From the NCBI GenBank assembly GCA_965207265.1, contig OZ242279.1:4049691-4113690 (forward strand): a stretch of 64,000 bases of DNA, given 5' to 3'. Both the position numbers and the translations under genes were made by a program. The stretch is from Vicinamibacterales bacterium (GTDB lineage Bacteria; Acidobacteriota; Vicinamibacteria; Vicinamibacterales; UBA8438). The notes below the pieces were generated by a model, which was not told where the DNA came from, made no database searches, and saw only the letters and a program-made list of their open reading frames with translations. Positions 31,421 to 47,071 of the stretch are shown here, one piece after another (positions within the stretch are counted from its first letter, which is position 1; each line of letters starts with the position of its first letter).

Positions 31421-31594
31421 AACGCACACGCGCTATTATTTATGGTTCGTCTGGCGCGCGGGGGGCGCAGCGCCGTGCATCGTCCGGCGTCGTTCGTGAC
31501 GCCCGGCTTGCTGCGGCGCCGGCGACCCGTGCGCCGGCCTGGACGAGCCGACGCGTCTAGAGAGGGTACGGCAGCTACAGCAAGAGTCCCATCC

Positions 31595-34288
<2,694 letters not shown>

Positions 34289-34310
34289 CCGTTTGCCGGA
34301 CGGGAATACG

Positions 34311-36137
34311 ATGACGACTACAGCGACTGCCGAGCCCGCTCCGCCTGCACCGGCGCAGATCGAGTGGAACCTGGCGGAGATCTACGACAGCCTGGATGCC
34401 TGGCGGACGGACAAGGCGCGCCTGGAGAAGCAGGTGGGGGGGCTCTCGCGCTTCAAGGGCCGACTCGGTGAGAGCGCCGCCGTGCTCTCGGAGGCGCTCG
34501 ACGCGATCAGCACCACGGAGAAGGATCTCGTCCGGCTCTACGTGTTCGCGTTCCTCAAGGCCGACGAGGACCGGCGCGTCTCGGAGGCGCAGGAACGGCG
34601 CGGCGCGGCGACGCTGCTGCTGGCGGCGTTCGAAGAGGCGACCAGCTTCGTGTCGCCGGAGCTGCTGCGCGTCGGCTCGGCGACCATCGAGGGCTACCTC
34701 GACGGGGAGCCGCGGCTGGCCCGGCATGCCTTCAACGTGCGCAACATTCTGCGCAAGGAGCCGCACACGCTGTCGGACGAGGCCGAGGCGATCATCGCCG
34801 GTACCAGCGCGATGCGCCAGGGGCCTGAGCGGGTGTTCGCGATGCTCACCAGCTCGGACATGCCGTTTCCGACCGTCACGCTCTCGACCGGCGAGGAGGT
34901 GCGACTCGACCAGGCGGCCTACGGCAAGCATCGTGCGTCCCGCGTGCGGGCCGACCGGAAGCTGGTGTTCGACGCGTTCTGGAAGACGTGGAAGGGCTAC
35001 GCCGCCACGCTGGGGCAGACGCTGGACACGCACGTCAAGGCGCACGTGTTCGAGGCCCGCTCGCGGCGCTACGCCAGCGCCCTCGACGCGGCGCTGGCCG
35101 GACCCAACATCCCGGAGACTGTCTACCGGACGCTGGTCGCCTCCGCCAACCGCCATCTGCCGTCGCTCCACCGCTACTTCCGGCTCCGGCAGCGGATGCT
35201 CGGCCTCGACGAGCTGCGCTACTACGACGTCTATCCCTCGCTCGTCGCGTCGGAGCGGTCGTTCCAGCTCGACGAGGCCAAGTCGATTGCCGTCGCCGCC
35301 GCCGAGCCGCTCGGCGACGAGTACGTCGCTCTGCTGCGCGAGGCGCTCGCGGGCGACTGGATGCATGTCTACCCGCACGAGGGCAAGGCGCCCGGCGCGT
35401 ACATGTACGGCGCCGTCTATGACGGGCATCCCTACCTGCTGCTCAACTACAACGGCGAGTACGACGACGTCACCACCCTGGTGCACGAGTGGGGCCACGC
35501 CATGCACACGGTGCTGGCCAAGCAGCAGAACCGCTACGAGACGGCCGGCTACGCGACGTTCACGGCCGAGGTCGCGTCCATCACCAACGAGATCCTGCTG
35601 CAGGAGCACCTCCTCTCGCAGGACCTGTCGTCCCGCGAGCGCCTCTTCTATCTGGGAACGGCCCTCGAGGCGATTCGGGCCACGTTCTTCCGCCAGGTCA
35701 TGTTCGCGGAGTTCGAGCTCGGGATGCACGAGCTGGCCGAGCAGGGGGAGGCGCTGTCGGGCGAGAAGCTGACCGACCGCTACGAGAAGCTCGTGCGCCG
35801 CTACCACGGCTCGGACGAGGGCGTGCTGGAGTACGACGCCGCCTACGCCGTCGAATGGGCGTTCATCCCGCACTTCTACAGCAACTTCTACGTCTTCCAG
35901 TACGCCACGTCGATCGCCGGCGCGGCCCTGTTCGCCGAGCGGCTGCTCGGGGGCGACGGCCGGGCGCGCGACGACTACCTGGCCGTCCTGCGGGCCGGCG
36001 GCTCGCGCTACGCCTACGAGCTGCTCCGCGACCGCGGGATAGACCTGGCGACCGAAGCGCCGTACGATGCGCTCATCGGCCGCATGAACCGGGTGATGGA
36101 CGAGATCGAGGCGATCCTCGACCGGCAGGCGGAGTAG
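34311..36137 (+). CDS. pepF: M3B oligoendopeptidase F family
   Basis: HEWGHAMH zinc motif and the length typical of PepF. The ATG at 34311 is preferred to the TTG at 34293. Confidence 0.9.
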   Translation: MTTTATAEPAPPAPAQIEWNLAEIYDSLDAWRTDKARLEKQVGGLSRFKGRLGESAAVLSEALDAISTTEKDLVRLYVFAFLKADEDRRVSEAQERRGAATLLLAAFEEATSFVSPELLRVGSATIEGYLDGEPRLARHAFNVRNILRKEPHTLSDEAEAIIAGTSAMRQGPERVFAMLTSSDMPFPTVTLSTGEEVRLDQAAYGKHRASRVRADRKLVFDAFWKTWKGYAATLGQTLDTHVKAHVFEARSRRYASALDAALAGPNIPETVYRTLVASANRHLPSLHRYFRLRQRMLGLDELRYYDVYPSLVASERSFQLDEAKSIAVAAAEPLGDEYVALLREALAGDWMHVYPHEGKAPGAYMYGAVYDGHPYLLLNYNGEYDDVTTLVHEWGHAMHTVLAKQQNRYETAGYATFTAEVASITNEILLQEHLLSQDLSSRERLFYLGTALEAIRATFFRQVMFAEFELGMHELAEQGEALSGEKLTDRYEKLVRRYHGSDEGVLEYDAAYAVEWAFIPHFYSNFYVFQYATSIAGAALFAERLLGGDGRARDDYLAVLRAGGSRYAYELLRDRGIDLATEAPYDALIGRMNRVMDEIEAILDRQAE

Positions 36138-36178
36138 CGCCGTTGCCCGCACCGCGTGCTGCGCGGGACAATGCCGGT

Positions 36179-37450
36179 GTGAGCTCCATCCTGCCGATCA
36201 ACCTCGACGACCTGCTCCACTGCCGCGGCGTGGAATCCGCACGTATCGAGTTCAAGTCCGGTTGGAACCCGCGGACCACCGGCCATCAGGCGCTCAAGAC
36301 GATCTGCGCGTTCGCGAACGACTACCACAACCTCAACGGCGGCTACGTTGTCCTCGGGGTCGGTGAGGAGCACGGCCGCGGCGTCATGCCGCCGGCCGGT
36401 CTGACCGCCGCCGAGATCGCCGCGGCAGGGAGATGGATCCGCGGACATTGCAAACGTCTCGACCCGCCGTACCAACCGGTCGTGTCCCCCGAGGTCGTCG
36501 CCGGTCGCCGCGTCCTCGTGCTCTGGGCGCCGGCGAGCGACATGAAGCCGCACTCGGCGCCGGACGGGCCTCGCGGCGCCGCGAAGTACTGGATTCGCCT
36601 GGGAGCGGAGACGGTCGACGCGCAGGCCAACGGGTTGCTGTCCGGGCTGATGGCCCAGACCGCGCGCGTTCCGTGGGACGACCGGCGGGCTTTCGATGCA
36701 CGCATTGAGGATCTGCGCGAGGCGGCCGTCCGCGAATTCCTTCGCGACGTGCGCAGCGGGCTGGTCGACGAGCCGTCGGCGGGCGAGGTCTACCGCCGCA
36801 TGCGGCTGACGGTGCGCGCCAACGGCTCCGAGCTGCCCCGCAATATCGCCCTCCTGCTCTTCACCGACGATCCGGAGCACTGGTTTCCGGGCGCCCGGAC
36901 CGACGTCGTCCTGTTTCCGGACGGTCCGGCGGGAGACACGCTGCGCGAACGGATCTTCCGGGGGGGCCTGGTGACCCAGTTGCGCGGCAGCCTCAGGTAT
37001 CTGGAGAGCCTTCTGCAAACCGAGATCAGGAAGGCTCCCGATCGCGTGGCGTCGCTTTCCTGGACGAACTACCCGCTCGACGCGATCCGCGAGGCGCTCG
37101 TCAACGCCCTCTATCACCGGAGCTATCAGCCGGATGCGTCCGAGCCGACCAAGGTCTACTGCTATCCCGACAGGATCGACATCACCAGCTACCCGGGTCC
37201 CGTACCCGGGATCGAGCCGGACCACTTCCTGCCGGGGGCGGCGGTGCCCGCCATGCCGGCCCGCAACCGGCGCGTCGGCGAGTTCTTCTCGGAGCTGAAG
37301 TTGGCCGAACGACGCCTGACCGGCGTGCCGAAGATCTTCGAGGCGATGGCGAGAAACGGATCGCCCCCGCCCCGCTTCGATTTCGACGAGGGAAGAACCT
37401 GGTTCCGCGCGACGTTGCCGGTTCACCCGGGGGAGAGCGCGACGTCGTGA
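36179..37450 (+). CDS. AlbA_2 (Schlafen-like) DNA-binding domain protein with C-terminal ATPase-like/wHTH region
   Basis: N-terminal …GVESARIEFKSGW…ICAFANDYHNLNGGYVVLGV… matches the AlbA_2 pattern. C-terminal …REALVNALYHRSY… matches the HATPase_c_4-type region. The start (GTG 36179 or TTG 36143) is uncertain. Confidence 0.7.
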   Translation: MSSILPINLDDLLHCRGVESARIEFKSGWNPRTTGHQALKTICAFANDYHNLNGGYVVLGVGEEHGRGVMPPAGLTAAEIAAAGRWIRGHCKRLDPPYQPVVSPEVVAGRRVLVLWAPASDMKPHSAPDGPRGAAKYWIRLGAETVDAQANGLLSGLMAQTARVPWDDRRAFDARIEDLREAAVREFLRDVRSGLVDEPSAGEVYRRMRLTVRANGSELPRNIALLLFTDDPEHWFPGARTDVVLFPDGPAGDTLRERIFRGGLVTQLRGSLRYLESLLQTEIRKAPDRVASLSWTNYPLDAIREALVNALYHRSYQPDASEPTKVYCYPDRIDITSYPGPVPGIEPDHFLPGAAVPAMPARNRRVGEFFSELKLAERRLTGVPKIFEAMARNGSPPPRFDFDEGRTWFRATLPVHPGESATS

Positions 37451-37485
37451 CGCAGACCGGTCACTCAGTCCAGGGAGGCAGTCCC

Positions 37486-39513
37486 ATGCGATCGGCAACC
37501 TGCCGGCGTTTCCGCCGGGCCATCCTCTGCACGATCCTGAGCGCAGTGCTCGTCGTTCCGACCGCGGTCGAGGCCCGCGTGGTGCGGATCGAGATCGAAC
37601 GGGTGGAGTCTCCGACGTTCGAGGGCCGCTCGTTCGGCGACGCGGGACCGTACGAGAAGCTCGTCGGACGGGTCTTCGGGGAGGTCGATCCGGAGACGCC
37701 GGAGAACGCGGTCATCACCGATGTCGAGCTGGCCCCCCGCAACGCCCGCGGTCTGGTGGAGTACGCCGCCGATCTTCTCATTCTGAGGCCGGTCGATCCG
37801 TCGAGGGGCAACGGCCGCGTCTTCTACGAGCTCAACAACCGCGGCCGGATGCTGTCGCTGGGCCAGTTGAACGACGCGCGCTCCGGCGGGAACGATCCGA
37901 CGACCGCGGCGGACGCCGGCAACGGATTCCTGATGCGCCGCGGCTACACCTTCGTGTCGAGCGGCTGGGACGTGACGGCGGCGGCGGACGGCACGCGGCT
38001 GCGGATCGCGGCGCCCATTGCAGTGAATCCGGACGGCTCGCCCGTCGTGGGGCCGGCGCTGGAGGAGTTCGTCGTCGACAACGACTCGACCCTGACCGGT
38101 GCGCTCACCTGGCCGGCGGCGAGCCGGGACACGACGCGGGCGAACCTGACGGTGAGGAAGCGGTACGCGGATGTACCCGAGCGGATCGACGCCGCCGGGT
38201 GGGAGTACATTGACGCCCGGACGATCCGCCTGCGTCCCCCGGGCACGCCGTTCGAGCAGGGCCGACTGTACGAGCTCGCCTATCCGGCCCGCGATCCGCA
38301 GGTGGCCGGGCTCGGCTTCGCCGCCGTTCGTGACGTGGCCGCGTTCCTGCGACACGCCGCGAAGGACGACGAGGGCACGCCGAATCCCCTGGCGGGCGCG
38401 GTCGATCAGCTACTGACGATGGGCATCTCGCAGGCGGCCCGTTTCCTGCGCGACTTCGTGCACCTGGGCTTCAACGCCGACGAGGACGGCCGGCGGGTGT
38501 TCGACGGCGTCCTGAACTGGATCGGCGGGGCCAGCGGCGGCTTCTTCAACTATCGCTTCGCCCAACCGTTCCGTACCCACCGGCAGCACATCGCGCGCCG
38601 GTTTCCGGAGCGCGAGTTCCCGTTCGCCAACCATCGGCTGAGCAACCCCGTGACGGGGCGTACCGACGGACGGCTGGAGCGCTGCCGGGCGACCGGGACC
38701 TGTCCGCGGGTGATGGAGGCCAACTCGGCCAACGAGTACTGGGTGAAGGGTGCGTCGCTGCTGCACACCGATCTCGAAGGGAACGACCTGCCGGACCCGC
38801 CCGAGGTCCGTTTCTATCTGTTCTCGAGCCTGCCGCACGCGGCAGGCATCGGTTCCAGCGGGCCCGGCATCTGCCGGCAGCCCCGGAATCCGCTCGTGGC
38901 CAACGCGGTCCTGCGGGCCCTGCTCGTGGCGCTCGACGAGTGGGTCACGACCGGGAACGAACCGCCGGCCAGCCGGGTGCCGCGCCGCGTCGACGGGTCG
39001 CTGGTGCCGTCGCTGCCGCGCGAGATGGTCGGGTTTCCGAGCATTCCGGGCGTCGAGTACACCGGGCTCATGAGCACGGGAGACCTGTTCGACTACGGTC
39101 CCGACTTCGACGAGGGCATCCTGACGACCCTGCCTCCCGAGTCCGCCGGATCTCCGTATCCCGTGTTCGTGCCGCGCACCGATGCCGACGGGAACGATCT
39201 GGCCGGCATCCGCCTGCCGGCGGTCGCTGCCCCGCGCGCCACGTTCACGGGGTGGGCGTTGCGGGCGCCGGCGTTCGGCGGACCCGACCTGTGCGACGCG
39301 GCCGGCCAGCAGATCGACTTCGCCGCGACGCGGGCCGAGCGGCTCGCCAGCAGGGACCCGCGGCTGTCTCTCGAGGAGCGCTACCCGGACCCGGGGGCGT
39401 ACGTCCAGGCGATCCAGGCGGCGGCGCAGGATCTGGCCCGCGAGCGGTTGTTGCTCGGCGAGGACGTCGAGCGGATCGTCGCCGACGCCGAGACGACGGC
39501 GGCCGGGCGGTAG
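37486..39513 (+). CDS. secreted hypothetical protein (possibly alpha/beta-hydrolase-like; family not resolved)
   Basis: GGGAGG Shine-Dalgarno sequence before the ATG at 37486, a signal peptide, and protein-like composition over 675 aa. Confidence 0.6.
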   Translation: MRSATCRRFRRAILCTILSAVLVVPTAVEARVVRIEIERVESPTFEGRSFGDAGPYEKLVGRVFGEVDPETPENAVITDVELAPRNARGLVEYAADLLILRPVDPSRGNGRVFYELNNRGRMLSLGQLNDARSGGNDPTTAADAGNGFLMRRGYTFVSSGWDVTAAADGTRLRIAAPIAVNPDGSPVVGPALEEFVVDNDSTLTGALTWPAASRDTTRANLTVRKRYADVPERIDAAGWEYIDARTIRLRPPGTPFEQGRLYELAYPARDPQVAGLGFAAVRDVAAFLRHAAKDDEGTPNPLAGAVDQLLTMGISQAARFLRDFVHLGFNADEDGRRVFDGVLNWIGGASGGFFNYRFAQPFRTHRQHIARRFPEREFPFANHRLSNPVTGRTDGRLERCRATGTCPRVMEANSANEYWVKGASLLHTDLEGNDLPDPPEVRFYLFSSLPHAAGIGSSGPGICRQPRNPLVANAVLRALLVALDEWVTTGNEPPASRVPRRVDGSLVPSLPREMVGFPSIPGVEYTGLMSTGDLFDYGPDFDEGILTTLPPESAGSPYPVFVPRTDADGNDLAGIRLPAVAAPRATFTGWALRAPAFGGPDLCDAAGQQIDFAATRAERLASRDPRLSLEERYPDPGAYVQAIQAAAQDLARERLLLGEDVERIVADAETTAAGR

Positions 39514-39673
39514 CCGGCGGCGCCAGGAGGGTTGGTAGGGCGCCAGGCGGAGCCGTCAGGCGGCGATTGGCGGGGCGGTGGGGATGGGGCCGAACACGGA
39601 GCCCCGCGACGGGTTTGGCGGGGCTAGAATGATTCGTTCCCGTTTGGAGACAATGCCGCCGAGGAGGTGAATC

Positions 39674-40651
39674 ATGAGTCGTCACGTGCTTGCAGCCTTG
39701 CTGACCGTTCTGGCCATCGTCGCGTTGGCGCCCCCGGCTCGCGCGCAGACCGAGGCGTCGATGGAGGCGCCGCGCACCTCGTGGGGTGCTCCCGACCTGC
39801 AGGGGGTCTGGGACTTCCGCAGCCTCACTCCGATGGAGCGTCCCGAGGAGCTCGCCGACAGCGAGACGTTCACCGCCGAGCAGGCGGCGGAGTTCGCCGA
39901 GGACACCATCCGGCGCCGCAGCCGCGACAACGACACGTCGGATCGCGTGGTGCCCTACAACGACTTCTGGTTCGACGAGGGTACCTCGGTCACCACCGAG
40001 CGCACGTCGCTGGTGATCGATCCCCCGGACGGGCGGATTCCGCCGTTGACGCAGGAGGCCATGGACCGCCAGCAGGCGCTGGAGGAGGCGCGGGCCGGTG
40101 TGGGCGGACATGAGCCGACCTCGGGAGGCTTCGTCGAGGATCTTGGGCCGGGCGGGCTCCAGGTCCGCTGCATCCTGGGCTTCAACTCCGGTCCGCCGAT
40201 GGCGCCGAGCGCGTACAACAACAACGTGCAGGTGTTCCAGACCGAGGACACGGTCGTTCTGTTCAACGAGATGAACCACAACGCGCGGGTCGTGCCCCTG
40301 GACGGACGGGACCATCTGAATGCGGGCATCGGGCAGTGGACGGGTGATTCGCGCGGCCACTGGGAGGGCGACACGCTGGTGGTGGAGACCACGAACTTCC
40401 TGCGCGAGACGAACTTCATGCGGGGAGCGACCACGCCGAACCTCACGCTCGTGGAGCGACTCACGCGGGTCGACGCCGACACGCTGCGGTACGACGTCAC
40501 CGTCGACGATCCGACGGTGTGGACGCGGCCCTGGACGTTCTCGGTGCCGATGCGGAGAAACCCGGAGCCGGTCTACGAGTACGCCTGCCACGAGGGGAAC
40601 TACGGTCTCTACAACATCCTCGCCGGCGCGGTGGCGGGGGGCTCGAACTAG
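39674..40651 (+). CDS. secreted hypothetical protein
   Basis: GAGGAGG Shine-Dalgarno sequence and the signal peptide MSRHVLAALLTVLAIVALAPPARAQ. No family was recognised. Confidence 0.6.
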   Translation: MSRHVLAALLTVLAIVALAPPARAQTEASMEAPRTSWGAPDLQGVWDFRSLTPMERPEELADSETFTAEQAAEFAEDTIRRRSRDNDTSDRVVPYNDFWFDEGTSVTTERTSLVIDPPDGRIPPLTQEAMDRQQALEEARAGVGGHEPTSGGFVEDLGPGGLQVRCILGFNSGPPMAPSAYNNNVQVFQTEDTVVLFNEMNHNARVVPLDGRDHLNAGIGQWTGDSRGHWEGDTLVVETTNFLRETNFMRGATTPNLTLVERLTRVDADTLRYDVTVDDPTVWTRPWTFSVPMRRNPEPVYEYACHEGNYGLYNILAGAVAGGSN

Positions 40652-40732
40652 CGCGACCGCACGGTCGCTCTCCGGCAGCGTTGCGAGCAGGCGGCGGAAA
40701 CCCACGGGGGGCTGCCGCCGCCGGTTCCAACG

Positions 40733-41500
40733 GTGGACGTGCGCCTGCGCCGCCGCGCATTCCTGATCGGGCCGAACGCCTCCGGGAAGTCCAACGTGCT
40801 CGACGCGCTTCGGTTCCTGCGCGACACCGCCGGGCACGGTCTGAAGGAGGCGGTCCGGTTGCGCGGCGGAATGGGCGAGATTCGGACCCTGCAAGCGAGA
40901 ACGCCGGCTGGCCTCAAGCTGGCCGTTCAGGTAGGCGCGGACGAGACGCCGGACATGTGGACCTACAGTCTGCGGTTCCGAAACCATCCGCAGAAGCATC
41001 TGCCCGTGGTCATGGAGGAAGAGGTTCGAAAGCGGGGCGAGCTGGTTCTCAAGCGGCCGGAGGCGCCGGACAAGAAGGACCCCGAACGGCTGGCCCAGAC
41101 CTACCTGGAGCAGATCGTCGTGAACCGGGAGTTTCGTGAGCTCGCCGAGTTCCTCAAGTCCATCCGGTATCTTCACATCGTGCCCCATCTGGTGCGCGAT
41201 CCCGAAAGGTCCATCGGCAAGCACGACGATCCGTTCGGCGGCGATTTCCTCGAGAAAGTCGCCTCGACACCGTCCAAGACGCGCGACGCGCGATCACCAC
41301 GCACTCCGCGGCACTCATTGGCCGACGCGGGCATCGGTCTCGACGAGGTTCACGTCCTCGATCCCGACTCCCAGGGAACGGAAATCAAGGTGGGCAGAAG
41401 CTACCAGGACGTTCGGGTCATGGTGGAGAAGGGCGGATTGTCGATTGGTGCCGCCCTCCTGCCCAAGGCGGCGCCGGCGAACGCCGATCAGTTCATCTGA
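40733..41500 (+). pseudogene. SMC/ABC-like AAA ATPase lacking its central region (probable deletion derivative)
   Basis: Walker A (LIGPNASGKSNVLDALRFL) and a family-typical C-terminus (…DAGIGLDEVHVLDPDSQGTEIKV…) are present. No ABC signature, Walker B or H-loop lies between them. No ATG start exists, and the upstream in-frame sequence is not protein-like. Confidence 0.45.
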
Positions 41501-41541
41501 ACATGCCGTCGTCGAACTGGCTCGGGAATCCAGCAAGCGTG

Positions 41542-42068
<527 letters not shown>

Positions 42069-42164
42069 CAATGTGTTTCCAGATTCTGGCCGCTGATTCC
42101 GACGGTAGCAGGATGCCCGCACCGCGGCAAGTGTGACCTCGCCGCGGCGCGGAGCGCAGATTCT

Positions 42165-44129
<1,965 letters not shown>

Positions 44130-44171
44130 AGCGTCCTCCCCTTCGTCAACCGCCGCATCGGCGGCGAATCA

Positions 44172-44750
44172 TCATAGCCGCTTCGTCGCAACGAGCAGGT
44201 TGCGCGTCCTGCCGTCCGCCGTCATCACGTAGTCCCACAGCACCGCCTCCCGCTGATAACCGATCTGCCGGAAGAAACCCTGCGCGGCGGTCTGGTCCAG
44301 CGTCATCCGCGCCGTGAGCATTCGCAGGTTCAGCGTGCGGGCGATCCAGTCCACCTCGTCGGTCAGCAGGCGCGCCACCCCGCGGCGGCGGTGGGGCGGC
44401 GCCACCTGGAGCCGGATCTCGCCGAGGTGCCGGGTCCAGCTCGTCCGGTTGTGGAGCAGGCTGGCCTCGCCGGCGACCGTGTCCCCGTCGAGGGCGAGCA
44501 CCGTCTCGGTGCGGCCGGTCTCGATGTAGTGGACCCAGCGTTCCACGACGCCCGGCTCGGTGATGTTGACGCGCAGGTAGAGCAACTCGTCGGGGTCGAG
44601 GGTCCTCGCGAACGCGAGCACCGCGTCGACGTCTGCGCGCGTCATCAGCCGCAACGTCACGTCCCGTCCGTCGGGCAGGGTGACCGTCCGGGGGTAGCGC
44701 GCCTGCACCGCGGCGGCTCCGTTGCCGGCGCCGGGCGTCTCGGACCCCAT
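44172..44750 (-). CDS. GNAT-family N-acetyltransferase
   Basis: The last 192 codons of listed ORF 44172..47075 contain the acetyl-CoA pocket …LQVAPPHRRRGVARLL…. The ATG at 44750 forms a TGATG overlap with the glcB stop. Confidence 0.8.
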   Translation of the reverse strand: MGSETPGAGNGAAAVQARYPRTVTLPDGRDVTLRLMTRADVDAVLAFARTLDPDELLYLRVNITEPGVVERWVHYIETGRTETVLALDGDTVAGEASLLHNRTSWTRHLGEIRLQVAPPHRRRGVARLLTDEVDWIARTLNLRMLTARMTLDQTAAQGFFRQIGYQREAVLWDYVMTADGRTRNLLVATKRL

Positions 44751-46927
44751 CAGCCGCGCCCGTACTTCGCCTTGGCCTCCTGGCGCCGCGCGTGGAGGAT
44801 CGGCTCGGTGTAGCCGCTCGGCTGCTCGCGCCCCTTGAACACCAGATCGCAGGCCGCCTGGAAGGCGACGCTGCCGTCGAAGTTCGGCGCCATCGGCCGG
44901 TAGTTCGGGTCGTCGGCGTTCTGTCCGTCGACCACCGCGGCCATTCGCTGCAGCGTCTCGCGCACCTGCGCCTCGGTGCAGATGCCGTGGTGCAGCCAGT
45001 TGCAGATGTGCTGGCTCGAGATGCGCAGCGTGGCGCGGTCCTCCATCAGCCCGATGTTGTTGATGTCGGGCACCTTCGAGCAGCCGATGCCCTGATCGAC
45101 CCAGCGCACGACGTAGCCCAGGATGCCCTGCGCGTTGTTGTCGAGCTCCTGCTGGATCTCTTCGGGCGACCAGTTGGGTTTCTCCTCGCGCGGAATCGTG
45201 AGGATCTTGTCGAGATCGGCGCGCGGGCGGGAACGCAACTCGGCCTGCCGCTTGGCGACGTCCACCTGGTGATAGTGGGTTGCGTGCAGCGTGGCGGCGG
45301 TGGGCGAGGGCACCCAGGCCGTGTTGGCGCCCTGCCGCGGGTGGCCGATCTTGGCCTTCATCATCTCCGCCATCAGGTCCGGCATGGCCCACATGCCCTT
45401 GCCGATCTGGGCGTGCCCCGGCAGTCCGGTCTCCAGCCCGACGTCGACGTTCCAGTCCTCGTAGGTGACCATCCAGTCCGCGGTCTTCATCTCCTTCTTG
45501 CGAATCATCGGCCCCGCTTCCATCGCCGTGTGCATCTCGTCTCCGGTGCGGTCGAGGAAGCCGGTGTTGATGAAGAAGACGCGCTCCTTCGCGGCGCGCA
45601 CGCACTCCTTCAGGTTCACCGTAGTGCGCCGCTCCTCGTCCATGATGCCGATCTTGATCGTGTGGCGTTCGAGGCCGAGGACGTCCTCCACCTGCGCGAG
45701 GGTCCGGTCGCAGAAGGCCACTTCTTCCGGCCCGTGCATCTTCGGCTTGACGATGTAGATGGACCCGGCGCGGCTGTTCTTGCCGCTCTTGACGTCGTGG
45801 ACGGCGATCAGCGACGAGATCATCGCGTCGAGGATTCCTTCCGGTGCCTCGTTGCCGTCCTTGTCCAGGATGGCGGGGTTGGTCATCAGGTGCCCGACGT
45901 TGCGGATCAGCATCAGGCTGATACCGGGCAGCGTGACGCTGGAGCCGTCCGGCGCGGTGTACTCGCGGACCGGATTCATGGCCCGGTCGACCATCCGGCC
46001 GCCCTTCTCGAACCGATCCGTCAGGTCGCCCTTGATCAGGCCCAGCCAGTTCCGGTAGGCGACCACCTTGTCCTCGGCGTCGACGCATGCCACCGAGTCC
46101 TCCAGATCCATGATGGTCGTCGTCGCCGCTTCCAGGACGATGTCCTTGATGCCGGCGTCGTCGGCCTTGCCGACCGGGTGGTTGCGGTCGATGCGGATCT
46201 CGATGTGCAGGCCGTTGTTGCGCAGCAGCACCGCCGACGGCGCGCCGGCGTCCCCGCGGTAGCCGGCGAACTTCGAGGCGTCGGCCAGCCCCGTCGTGCC
46301 GCCGTCCTTCAGCGTGACGCTCAGCGCGCCGTGGGCCACCGCGTAGGCGGTCGCGTCGGCGTGGCTGCCGCCGGCCAGCGGCGCCGCCGCGTCGAGGAAC
46401 TCGCGGGAGCGGGCGATGACGCGGGCGCCGCGCACCGGGTTGTACTCGGCGGTGCGTTCGCAGCCGTCGTCCTCGGGGATGACGTCGGTACCATAGAGCG
46501 CGTCGTACAGGCTGCCCCAGCGGGCGTTGGCGGCGTTGAGCGCGTAGCGCGGGTTGGTGACCGGCACGACGAGCTGCGGCCCGGCGGTGGTGGAGATCTC
46601 GGGATCGACGTTGGCCGTCGTCGCCGAGAAGTCCTCGCGCTCCGGCACCAGGTAGCCGATCTCCTGGAGCATCGCCTTGTACTCCGGCAGGTCGATGGGC
46701 TCGTCGTGGTTCTCCCGATACCAGGCGTCGATGCGGCGCTGCAGGTCCTCGCGCTTGGCCAGCAGCTCGCGGTTGCGCGGCGCGAGGCCGTGGACGAGCC
46801 GGTCGAACCCGGACCAGAACGCCTCCGGGGAAACGCCGGTGCCCGGCAGCGCCTCGTCGTTGATGAAGTCGTAGAGCTCCTTGTCGACCCGGAGTCCCCC
46901 CGCCGCTATCCGATCCGTATCCGTCAT
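44750..46927 (-). CDS. glcB: malate synthase G
   Basis: About 725 aa. [32 protein letters not shown]… matches the GlcB N-terminus, and …[15 protein letters not shown]… is present. The ATG at 46927 was verified. Confidence 0.95.
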   Translation of the reverse strand: MTDTDRIAAGGLRVDKELYDFINDEALPGTGVSPEAFWSGFDRLVHGLAPRNRELLAKREDLQRRIDAWYRENHDEPIDLPEYKAMLQEIGYLVPEREDFSATTANVDPEISTTAGPQLVVPVTNPRYALNAANARWGSLYDALYGTDVIPEDDGCERTAEYNPVRGARVIARSREFLDAAAPLAGGSHADATAYAVAHGALSVTLKDGGTTGLADASKFAGYRGDAGAPSAVLLRNNGLHIEIRIDRNHPVGKADDAGIKDIVLEAATTTIMDLEDSVACVDAEDKVVAYRNWLGLIKGDLTDRFEKGGRMVDRAMNPVREYTAPDGSSVTLPGISLMLIRNVGHLMTNPAILDKDGNEAPEGILDAMISSLIAVHDVKSGKNSRAGSIYIVKPKMHGPEEVAFCDRTLAQVEDVLGLERHTIKIGIMDEERRTTVNLKECVRAAKERVFFINTGFLDRTGDEMHTAMEAGPMIRKKEMKTADWMVTYEDWNVDVGLETGLPGHAQIGKGMWAMPDLMAEMMKAKIGHPRQGANTAWVPSPTAATLHATHYHQVDVAKRQAELRSRPRADLDKILTIPREEKPNWSPEEIQQELDNNAQGILGYVVRWVDQGIGCSKVPDINNIGLMEDRATLRISSQHICNWLHHGICTEAQVRETLQRMAAVVDGQNADDPNYRPMAPNFDGSVAFQAACDLVFKGREQPSGYTEPILHARRQEAKAKYGRG

Positions 46928-46964
46928 GCCTTCCCCCTGCTTGCTGTTTCCACGGGCGCGCACC

Positions 46965-47015
46965 GCGCCGCGCCCGGCAGGGGGATTCTACTCCGGTGAC
47001 GGGGATCGGGGCTTG
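46965..47015 (+). repeat. R2 direct repeat, left copy
   Basis: GCGCCGCGCCCGGCAGGGGGATTCTACTCCGGTGACGGGGATCGGGGCTTG. About 46 of 52 positions match 51141-51191. Confidence 0.85.
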
Positions 47016-47071
47016 GAGGGGAACGCATCCCGCGATGCGCGCCGGCAGGGCGGGGCAGGCGAACCGATTCG

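Noticed and set aside
46965-47015. R2 repeat as a simple shared promoter for glcB and the kinase gene.
   Set aside because: Not fully rejected, but no convincing -35/-10 hexamers could be read within it. The two downstream genes are functionally unrelated. It is kept as a repeat feature and discussed as a possible island boundary instead.
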